NCBI GenBank assembly: GCA_034667685.1
Contig: JAXDQU010000056.1
Span: 1-32,606, forward strand
Length of the DNA: 32,606 bases
Direction of reading: 5' to 3'
DNA from: Thermoplasmata archaeon
Lineage (GTDB): Archaea; Thermoplasmatota; SW-10-69-26; JACQPN01; JAJPHT01
The position numbers and the translations under genes are program-made. The notes beneath the pieces were generated by a model. That model worked only from the letters and a program-made list of their open reading frames with translations, ran no database searches and had not been told where the DNA came from. Every line of letters starts with the position of its first letter. Position 1 is the first letter of the stretch. Positions 25,854-32,606 of this stretch are shown one piece after another.

Positions 25854-26990
25854 TTACGGCGCCCCCGGCACCGGCGCGGGGTACGGGATCAGCTGTCCGT
25901 TGGCCATCGTCGCGGTCACGAGCGTCGCGCGCGTGCTGGCGAGGTAGCCGATGCCCGTGTTCAGGCTGGCGTCCACGAAGATGTGGGTGTTGATGCCGGC
26001 GGCCTCGCGCTCGGCGCCCACGGCGTCGCCGGTGAGCGTGTTGGAGGCGGAGCCGCTGTCGCCGGGCGTGATGGCGCCTTCCCAGATCATCGTGCTGCTC
26101 GTCCAGTAGAACGCGGTGCCGGCGCGGGGCGTGCCGTCGGTGCCGATGCCGGCGCCGTGGCCGTAGTGGACGATGCCCTGCACGAGGAAGGGGTCGGTGT
26201 TCAGGGTCGGTCCGCTGATGAGGTTGCGGCCCAGCAGGCTCGCGGCGAGGGTGGCGCCGGTGTCCTTGTACTGGCCGATGGGGCCGCCCCAGAAGCACAT
26301 GGTGGGCGAGACGAGGCCCTGGTTGGCGGTGTTGATGCCGATGAGGGCCCAGTCCTTGCCGATGCCGGCGTCGCCGGTGCTCTTGACGAACTTGCCGAAG
26401 TCCAGGAGGATCGGCACGGAGACGGCGGGCAGGCCGAAGAAGGGGCGGTCGAAGTTGCCCACGGCGGCGATGACCGTCGCGGTGTCCCCGACGTTGCCGC
26501 AGTGGCCGGCGGTGCTGATCTGATAGCTTCCGGGCGTGCCGTAGACGTGGGCCATGCTGCACAGCGAGATCGCGTCGGGAGAGAGAAGCAGGAGCCACGC
26601 GCCGGGGCGGATGCCCAGGCAGCCCGTGCCCGCGTAGGAGGCAAGGGCTGACGCGCTGACGCCCTGCGTGGTGCCGTCAGGGAAGACGGCGGTGGGCGTG
26701 TCGTAGCGCTGCGCGAGCAGGACGTCGCGCGGGGGCAGGCCCATGAGCGCGAGGTCGTCGTCGCTGAGCGTCATCTTCATCGGCGCCCAGGTGCCGGCGG
26801 GGTAGGTCGCGAGCAGGTGGTCGACGAAGTGCTGGCGAAGCTGGCACATCGCGGTGGGGTCCACGGTGAACTCGCCGACGCTGGTCAGCGTGGGGGCTTG
26901 CGTCGCGGCGAGCGAGGTCGTCGCGACGAGGGGCAGGCTCAGCGCCGCGAGCACGAGCAGCACGGCGAGGTTTCGGGTCTTGGTCTCCAA
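25854..26990 (-). CDS. Secreted chymotrypsin-like (S1) serine protease with N-terminal pro-region
   Basis: TTG start after GGAGG. Signal peptide ...LAVLLVLAALSLPLVATTSLA. Catalytic triad motifs TAGHC, KDWALI and GDSGS. Confidence 0.85.
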   Translation of the reverse strand: METKTRNLAVLLVLAALSLPLVATTSLAATQAPTLTSVGEFTVDPTAMCQLRQHFVDHLLATYPAGTWAPMKMTLSDDDLALMGLPPRDVLLAQRYDTPTAVFPDGTTQGVSASALASYAGTGCLGIRPGAWLLLLSPDAISLCSMAHVYGTPGSYQISTAGHCGNVGDTATVIAAVGNFDRPFFGLPAVSVPILLDFGKFVKSTGDAGIGKDWALIGINTANQGLVSPTMCFWGGPIGQYKDTGATLAASLLGRNLISGPTLNTDPFLVQGIVHYGHGAGIGTDGTPRAGTAFYWTSSTMIWEGAITPGDSGSASNTLTGDAVGAEREAAGINTHIFVDASLNTGIGYLASTRATLVTATMANGQLIPYPAPVPGAP

Positions 26991-27000
26991 TCCAATCACA

Positions 27001-27020
27001 GCCTCCGGTTTCCCGGAGGC
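27001..27020 (-). promoter_or_regulatory. GAAA-tetraloop hairpin covering the protease SD
   Basis: mRNA sense gccuccgg-GAAA-ccggaggc. The GGAGG lies in the 3' arm. Confidence 0.5.
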
Positions 27021-27059
27021 CGGAAAAATCGGCGTGCGGAGTTTCAAGTCATCGCCAGC

Positions 27060-27092
27060 GCTCGTGGAGATTCACAGCGAATCTCCACGAGC
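27060..27092. repeat. 14-bp perfect hairpin downstream of rrp42 (possible terminator or processing signal)
   Basis: gctcgtggagattc-acagc-gaatctccacgagc. Confidence 0.7.
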
Positions 27093-27108
27093 ACGGGCGA
27101 GGGTCGGG

Positions 27109-27909
27109 TTAGCCGACCTGCTTGAGGAGCTGCTCGCGCAGCATGCCCGCGAGCTCGCCGCCGCGGCGGACGATGTGGCGGACCTCGTCCTTGGTGAACG
27201 AGCCGCCCAGGCCCTTCTGCATGGCGCGGATGTTGCCGGCGCGGTCGAACGAGACCGAGAGGCGCGGCCCGCCGACCTTCTCCTCGAGCGAGGTGGGGTC
27301 GAAGAGGATCTGGCCGCCCAGCTTGATCGCCGTGACCATGACTGGGATCTCCTTGACCGGCATGGGCGCGTCGGCCATCGCGGGGATCCCGTCGATGTGC
27401 ACCTTGCCGTTGGGGACGGTGGCGCTCATGAGCGCGGCGATGCAGCCCAGGCTGCACGCGTCGAACATGTTGCCGTCGTAGTCGATGGCGTGCATGTCGA
27501 GGTAGCTCATCCAGATCTTCTCGCCCGGCTTGATGCAGAGCTTGCCGAAGTCGATGCACTTGCTCTCGCGGATCCCGCGGTCGACGACGCGCGCCAGCTC
27601 GATGCTGGTCTGCGAGGGCGGGCCGACCTCGAAGTCGGCGCTCGCCAGCGGGACCAGCTCGGCGCTCGTGGTCATGGTGCCGTCGTTGGGCGCGTCCGGG
27701 TAGGGCGTGCCCACGGACATCTTGATGCCCACGATGACCTGCGTGTCGCCCAGGTGGACGCGGGCGCTGCCCTCGGCCTGCTGGATGTAGCGCGTCGTGA
27801 TCTTCACGGGGCGGTACTCGTCGAAGGCGCGCCCGTCGTGGCGCTTGCCTTCCTTGGCGAGCTGGACGAGGTAGTCCTTCTTGATGTCGGCGACGACGTC
27901 GTCGGACAT
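27109..27909 (-). CDS. rrp42: Exosome core subunit Rrp42
   Basis: RHDGRAFDEYR, AEGSARVHLGDT, FEVGPP, IELARVVDRGIRES and DPTSLEE. Confidence 0.96.
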   Translation of the reverse strand: MSDDVVADIKKDYLVQLAKEGKRHDGRAFDEYRPVKITTRYIQQAEGSARVHLGDTQVIVGIKMSVGTPYPDAPNDGTMTTSAELVPLASADFEVGPPSQTSIELARVVDRGIRESKCIDFGKLCIKPGEKIWMSYLDMHAIDYDGNMFDACSLGCIAALMSATVPNGKVHIDGIPAMADAPMPVKEIPVMVTAIKLGGQILFDPTSLEEKVGGPRLSVSFDRAGNIRAMQKGLGGSFTKDEVRHIVRRGGELAGMLREQLLKQVG

Positions 27910-28704
27910 TCAGGCTCCCTCCTCGATGGGCGCGGGCGCGGCGGCCTCGGGCTCCTTCTCCTCGTCGTCGCCCTGCGCGGCGGATTGATAGCGGCGCAGG
28001 AGCGCGGCCTTCTGGAGCTCGTAGACCTCCATCGCGGCGTTCGTCGCCAGCTCGAGGGCCTGGTCGAGCTCGTCGGGCGAGAAGTGGCCGTCCTGCTGGA
28101 GCAGGACGATCTCGCCGGTCTTGGGCACGATGGCGATGGGGAAGTCCGTCTCGCCGTAGTTGTCCTCCTCGCGCGAGAGGTCGAGGCAGACCTTGCCGTC
28201 GACCTTGCCGGCGGCCACCGCAGCCACCATGCCGCGCATGGGGATGCCAGCGTCGGCGCACGCGACGGCGGCCGCGGTCAGGCCCGCGCAGCGCGTGCCG
28301 GCCTCGGCCTCGATGATCTCGATGAAGATATCAATGGCGTTCTTCGGGTAGAGCGAGGTCAGGACGACGTGGTCGAGCGCCTCGGAGCTGATCTTCGAGA
28401 TCTCCTGGCTGCGGCGGTCGGGGCCGGGGCGCTTGCGGTCGGAGACGGAGAACGCGGCCATGTTGTAGCGCACGCGGACGCGCGCCTTGGTCGGGTCCTG
28501 GTCGTGGCGCGGGTGGCACTCGCGCGGCCCGTAGACCGCGGCCATGACCTTGTTGCCGCCCCACTCGAGATAGCACGAGCCGTCGGCCTGCTTGAGCACG
28601 CCCGCCTCGATCTTGATGTTCCTGAGCTGGTCAGGGCGACGTCCGTCCATGCGGAGGCCCTGTTCGTTGATGAGAACCATTCCTTCGGGTTTCTTTCCAC
28701 CCAT
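27910..28704 (-). CDS. rrp41: Exosome catalytic subunit Rrp41
   Basis: RMDGRRPDQLR, ADGSCY, VYGPRE, RYNMAAFS, GTRCA and EDNYGETD. ATG at 28704 follows GGAGTGA. Confidence 0.96.
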   Translation of the reverse strand: MGGKKPEGMVLINEQGLRMDGRRPDQLRNIKIEAGVLKQADGSCYLEWGGNKVMAAVYGPRECHPRHDQDPTKARVRVRYNMAAFSVSDRKRPGPDRRSQEISKISSEALDHVVLTSLYPKNAIDIFIEIIEAEAGTRCAGLTAAAVACADAGIPMRGMVAAVAAGKVDGKVCLDLSREEDNYGETDFPIAIVPKTGEIVLLQQDGHFSPDELDQALELATNAAMEVYELQKAALLRRYQSAAQGDDEEKEPEAAAPAPIEEGA

Positions 28705-28709
28705 GACAA

Positions 28710-30536
28710 TCACTCCTGTCCTCGGCCGCCGTTGCCGCGGCCGCGTCCGCCACGCCGTCCGCGCCCGCCGCGGCGGCGATCGCCGCCACCGTCCGAGTCG
28801 CGGCGCGCGGGGCGCTCGTCTTCCTCGTCCTCGTCGCTGGCCGCGAATCGTCGCGGCGAAGACGAACCCGAAGGCTCGTCGGAAGCCGCGAATCGTCGCG
28901 GCGGAGGCGAGCCCGCAGGCTCGTCCGTGAAACGGCGGGGCGCGGGCTTGCGAGGAGCATCCGTCTCCTCGTCGTCATCGAAGCGGGAGGGGCGGCGCGC
29001 GGCGGGGCGCGGCGCCTCGTCCTCCTCGTCGAAGCGTGAGATGCGGGGCGGGGCGCGGCGGGGCGCCTCCCCCTCGTCGGCCGCGAAGCGTCGCGGCGGG
29101 GGCGAGCCCGCGGCCTCGTCCGAGAAGCGGGGGCGCGGCGGCGCGCGCTCCTCGCGGCGCGGAGGGCGGTCGCCGCGCTCTTCCTCGAAGCGGCGCGGGC
29201 GCTCCTCGCGGCCGCGGGGCTCCTCGAACCGCCGCGGAGGACGCTCGCTGCGCTCCTCCTCAAAGCGGCGAGGCGGCGCGCGCTCCTCGCGGCGCGCCCG
29301 GCTGAACGGCTCGGCCTCGCCTTCGCCCCGGCTGCGGGGCTCCTCGAAGCGGCGCGCGGGGCGCTCCTCCTCGAAGCGGCGGGGCGGGGCGCCCCGGCCG
29401 AACGATTCGGCCTCGCCCTCGGCGGAGCGCCGACGGGGCTCCTCGCGGCGCGGCTCGTCGCGGCGGGCGGCGCGCTCCTCGTGGCCGTGGTGGCGCTCGC
29501 CGGCGCGGCGCTCGGAGTGGTGGCGCTCGTGGCGCACCTCCCCGCGGGGCCCGCGGCGCTCCTCCAGGTCCGCGTCGGCGGTGTCGTCCTCGGCGGCGCG
29601 CTGGTAACGGTGCTTCTCGGCCTCGCTGCGGCCGGCGCGGGGGCGCTCCTCGCGCGTCTCGCGGCGCGGCGGGCCCCGGCCGAACGATTCGGCCTCGCCC
29701 TCGGCGGAACGCCTGCGGGGCTCGGCGCGCGCGGGGGCTTCCTCCTCCTCGGCGAGGCGGCTGGGACGCTCGCGGCGTTCCGGACGCTCGCGGCGCTCGC
29801 GCGTGATCTCGCGGTCCTCCTCGGCTTCGGCCTCGACCTCGCTGGACTGCTTGTGGGTGCGCTGCGCGCTGGGGCGCTTCTCCTCGAGCCAGGCCTTCAT
29901 GCGGTCCGTGAGCCCGGTCGTGTGCGCCTCGGCCTCGATCTTCTGGAGGCCCTCGAGCGCGAGCTTGACGTCGTCGGCCTCGCCGTCGAGCCAGATCTTG
30001 CCGTTCTGCCCAACGAAGATGCGCACGTTGGTGGCGTCCTTCAGCATGGTGATCATGCTGCCCTGGCGCCCGACGATGCGCGGGACCTTGGTGGGCGCGA
30101 CCTCGAAGATGAGGCCGCCGGTGAGCTTGCGGCACTGGCGGTCCTTCATCGAGACCTGCGCCTTCTTCATCTCGTCCACGTGGACGATCTTGAGAAGGAC
30201 GGTGTCGCCCACGGCGAGGTACTTCGACGTCTCGCCGAACTCGACGCGCCAGGGCACGTCGTTGACGTGCATGCCGACGTCGTTGGCGGCGCCGATGTTG
30301 ATGTACCAGTTGGAGGGGCCGGTCTCGGCCACGGTGCCGATGACCATGTCGCCGCGGAAGGGCTCGTAGCGGCCCGAGAGGCCGATGACGTTCACGCGGT
30401 CGCCACGGACCGCCTTGACGCCCAGCCGGAGGGCGTAGATGTCGCGGCCCTCCACGTAGGTGTTCTGGCCCGGCTGCATCTCTCCGGTGCTTCCGAGGCG
30501 CTCGCCCGGGACCACGACTTGGCGCGTATCGCTCAT
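28710..30536 (-). CDS. rrp4: Exosome RNA-binding cap subunit Rrp4 with a C-terminal low-complexity extension of about 390 aa
   Basis: Residues 1-221 carry the Rrp4 N-domain, S1 and KH features (VVPGERL, YEPFRGDMVIG, KVPRIVGRQGSMI, VGQNGKIW, EAHTTGLTDR). They are followed in frame by an R/E/P-rich tail ending in RGG repeats. Confidence 0.93.
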   Translation of the reverse strand: MSDTRQVVVPGERLGSTGEMQPGQNTYVEGRDIYALRLGVKAVRGDRVNVIGLSGRYEPFRGDMVIGTVAETGPSNWYINIGAANDVGMHVNDVPWRVEFGETSKYLAVGDTVLLKIVHVDEMKKAQVSMKDRQCRKLTGGLIFEVAPTKVPRIVGRQGSMITMLKDATNVRIFVGQNGKIWLDGEADDVKLALEGLQKIEAEAHTTGLTDRMKAWLEEKRPSAQRTHKQSSEVEAEAEEDREITRERRERPERRERPSRLAEEEEAPARAEPRRRSAEGEAESFGRGPPRRETREERPRAGRSEAEKHRYQRAAEDDTADADLEERRGPRGEVRHERHHSERRAGERHHGHEERAARRDEPRREEPRRRSAEGEAESFGRGAPPRRFEEERPARRFEEPRSRGEGEAEPFSRARREERAPPRRFEEERSERPPRRFEEPRGREERPRRFEEERGDRPPRREERAPPRPRFSDEAAGSPPPRRFAADEGEAPRRAPPRISRFDEEDEAPRPAARRPSRFDDDEETDAPRKPAPRRFTDEPAGSPPPRRFAASDEPSGSSSPRRFAASDEDEEDERPARRDSDGGGDRRRGGRGRRGGRGRGNGGRGQE

Positions 30537-30554
30537 GATATCACATCTGGAATG

Positions 30555-31277
30555 TCAGGGGTTGTTGGTGGATTTCAGGATGCGCGTCTCCACGTCGCCG
30601 TGGGTGCGCTTGTTGAGCTCGTTGAAGAACTCGGTCTGCATGCCGCCCGGGATCTCGATGACGGCGATGAACGAGCCGTCGCTCTGCCAGGCCTGCTGCT
30701 TCAGCTCGCCCCATCCATGGAGGGCGCTGGTCGCCTTGCCCGCGTGCTCGGGCGGGAACTTCACCGCGATCTGGATCGTCTCGATGCGGATCGGGATGAG
30801 GGGCCGGATGGCCTTCAGCACGTCCTGCACCTGCGCGTCGACGCTCTTGAACGGGTCGAGGTGGATGCGCGCCTCGTCCATCGCGGTCTCGATGCGCTGC
30901 GGCGGGTGCGGCGCCTTCGTCTGCGGGTTGATCGCATTGCGCGCGATGTGCGCGATGATGAGGCGCTTCTTGCGCTCGACCATGCGGCGGCGCTGGTCCG
31001 TCGTGAGCTGCAGGTCGCCCTTGAGGAGGATCTGCTTGACGGCCATGGGCACGTCGGTCGTGCCGAAGATCTGCATCAGCTCGTCGTCCGCGGCGCGGGC
31101 GCCGTCGCGGGCCGGGCCCACGAAGACGCCTTCGACCGCGAGCAGCTCGTCGAGGTCGAGCTTGACGTTGCCCTTCTCCTCGCGGAAGTGGAGCGGGATC
31201 TCGGGATCGACGAGGATCTCCAGATGGAGCCCGCCCTTCTCCAGGCGGGCCACGACGGCCTCGTCGAGCGTGACCAT
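30555..31277 (-). CDS. sdo1: Ribosome maturation factor SBDS/Sdo1
   Basis: VVARLEKGGLHLEILVDP, FGTTD, GDLQLTTDQRR and INPQTKAPHPPQRIE. Confidence 0.95.
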   Translation of the reverse strand: MVTLDEAVVARLEKGGLHLEILVDPEIPLHFREEKGNVKLDLDELLAVEGVFVGPARDGARAADDELMQIFGTTDVPMAVKQILLKGDLQLTTDQRRRMVERKKRLIIAHIARNAINPQTKAPHPPQRIETAMDEARIHLDPFKSVDAQVQDVLKAIRPLIPIRIETIQIAVKFPPEHAGKATSALHGWGELKQQAWQSDGSFIAVIEIPGGMQTEFFNELNKRTHGDVETRILKSTNNP

Positions 31278-31289
31278 GCGCGTCGCTCC

Positions 31290-32009
31290 TCAGCTCGGGG
31301 GCGCCGCGCGGTCCGCGTAGGCCTTGATCTCGGCCCCGTCGAGCTTGCGGAAGGCGGCGTCCTTCGTCACGACGCCGATCTCCAGCGCGGCCGCGTTGAG
31401 CTTGCCCTCGGTGGCGCGGTAGAGCGCCTTCAGGCCCAGCGCGATCGCGTCGTCCTTGGTGACGCCCTCGCGGTACTCGTTCTCGAAGATCTCCATGACC
31501 TGGCTGCGGCCCGCGCCGATGGCGGTGGCCTTGTAGGACATGAGGGCGCCCGAGGGGTCCGTCTCGTAGAGGTGCACGCCGCCGGCGTCCTTGCCCGCGA
31601 TGAGCAGCGCCGTCCCGAAGGGGCGAACGCCGCCGTACTGCGTGTAGGTCTGCTTGAAGTCGCAGATCTTCTTGACGAGCGTCTCGACCTCGATGTTCTC
31701 GTCGTAGGTGACGCGGTTCATCTGCGCGTCGGTGCGCGCGCGGTCGACGAGCACACGCGCGTCGGCCACGAGGCCCGAGGTGGCGACGCCGAGGTGGTCG
31801 TCGACCTTGAAGATCTTCTCGATCGAGTTGGGCTCGATGAGCTGGCTGGTGATGCGCTTGTCCACGATCAGCACGACGCCGTCGTGGAACTTCAGGCCGA
31901 CCGTGGTCGTGCCGCGCTTGACGGCCTCGCGGGCATACTCCACCTGGAAAAGGCGGCCATCCGGCGAGAACACGGTGATCGCGCGGTCATACATCTGCGC
32001 TGGTTGCAA
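31290..32009 (-). CDS. psmA: 20S proteasome alpha subunit
   Basis: [28 protein letters not shown] and ETDPSG. TTG start after GGAGG. Confidence 0.97.
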   Translation of the reverse strand: MQPAQMYDRAITVFSPDGRLFQVEYAREAVKRGTTTVGLKFHDGVVLIVDKRITSQLIEPNSIEKIFKVDDHLGVATSGLVADARVLVDRARTDAQMNRVTYDENIEVETLVKKICDFKQTYTQYGGVRPFGTALLIAGKDAGGVHLYETDPSGALMSYKATAIGAGRSQVMEIFENEYREGVTKDDAIALGLKALYRATEGKLNAAALEIGVVTKDAAFRKLDGAEIKAYADRAAPPS

Positions 32010-32179
32010 GGGGCTCGGTTCCTCCTACGTCCACGTCAGGCTCAGGGAAAGGGAAACCAGGCGTCTGCGGGCGCGGAATGCGCAGCCCCGATCGGTGCGG
32101 GGGGCGCCAACGCGCGGCGGAAAAGGCTCCTTTTCCGGGTCCTTCTGTCGCGGCGCCATCCTGCGCACCATACTTGAAC

Positions 32180-32506
32180 CTATCTTCCTTCTGCGGCGCG
32201 CGGTCGCGGCGAAGGCTTGCTCGCCGGGCTCTCCGCCGGCAGGCTCCGCGCCGCTGCCCGGATGGTTCCCGAGGTCACGAGGCTCACGAGGTGGACATCG
32301 CGCCCTGATAGCGCGGCCGTCCCATTGAGGACTCGAACCAGCGCGTCCAGGTCACGGTGCGTGGTGCGCGCGATGCCGTGCGTGCCGTCGAAGCGCGTCA
32401 GCCGCGCGCCGGGAGGCAACGCGGCGGCGAGCGCGGCGCGCGTCGTCGCGGGGCTCGCCCGGAACGCCACGTAGCGCGTGCGCCCGACCTTCGCCTTCAC
32501 CGTCAC
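32180..32506 (-). CDS. rnp2: RNase P protein Pop5/Rpp14
   Basis: RYVAF...GIAR...TSGTIRAA. Canonical position upstream of psmA. Confidence 0.75.
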   Translation of the reverse strand: MTVKAKVGRTRYVAFRASPATTRAALAAALPPGARLTRFDGTHGIARTTHRDLDALVRVLNGTAALSGRDVHLVSLVTSGTIRAAARSLPAESPASKPSPRPRAAEGR

Positions 32507-32541
32507 GGGTGACGCGGAGCCCGACGACGGGGATGAACGTT

Positions 32542-32599
32542 GGGAGGGAAGCGGGGGAAAGAAGGGAAGAGGGGAAGAAGGGAAGCGAGGGAAGAAGGG
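32542..32599. repeat. GGGAAG-type repeat, copy 3 (left arm only, truncated by window end)
   Basis: gaagggaagcgagggaag at 32577-32594 is the reverse complement of 65-82 and 5998-6015. Confidence 0.85.
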
Positions 32600-32606
32600 C
32601 GCCCTG

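Noticed and set aside
26854-32177. + strand ORFs 26854-29607 and 29481-32177, and alternative minus frames 28631-29263 and 29260-30135
   Set aside because: They overlap well-supported exosome and proteasome genes. The Rrp4 frame itself is continuous, so no frameshift or separate tail gene is needed.

Overview
This is very GC-rich archaeal DNA, inferred to be Thermoplasmatota-like from the exosome/proteasome gene order, Rpo12, L37ae and prefoldin. The right third is the conserved archaeal superoperon on the minus strand: Pop5, psmA, SBDS, rrp4, rrp41, rrp42, rpl37ae, rpoP, pcc1 and pfdB. It is interrupted twice, by a secreted S1 protease gene and by an EarA-like winged-helix gene. The middle holds an operon of three large surface proteins and a beta-CASP RNase. 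The left part holds chrA, a CxxC-x17-CxxC protein, a metallophosphoesterase-Lhr pair, an aldehyde dehydrogenase, a two-gene lower-GC islet and a copA/copR copper module. Four observations stand out. (1) Rrp4 carries an in-frame tail of about 390 aa that is Arg/Glu-rich, with repeated RF motifs and an RGG end, reminiscent of the RNase E scaffold. (2) A 9-bp-period CANNTG array containing a perfect 34-bp palindrome sits where a local C-rich to G-rich strand-skew flip occurs, next to the wHTH gene and near an ORB-like motif, making it a candidate atypical origin. (3) The islet appears to have replaced the 3' end of the ALDH gene and left the displaced old end behind. (4) Intergenic hairpins built from 8-9-mer units recur through the window. 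No rRNA, tRNA, CRISPR array, transposase or integrase was recognised. All family calls come from reading motifs, not from database searches.
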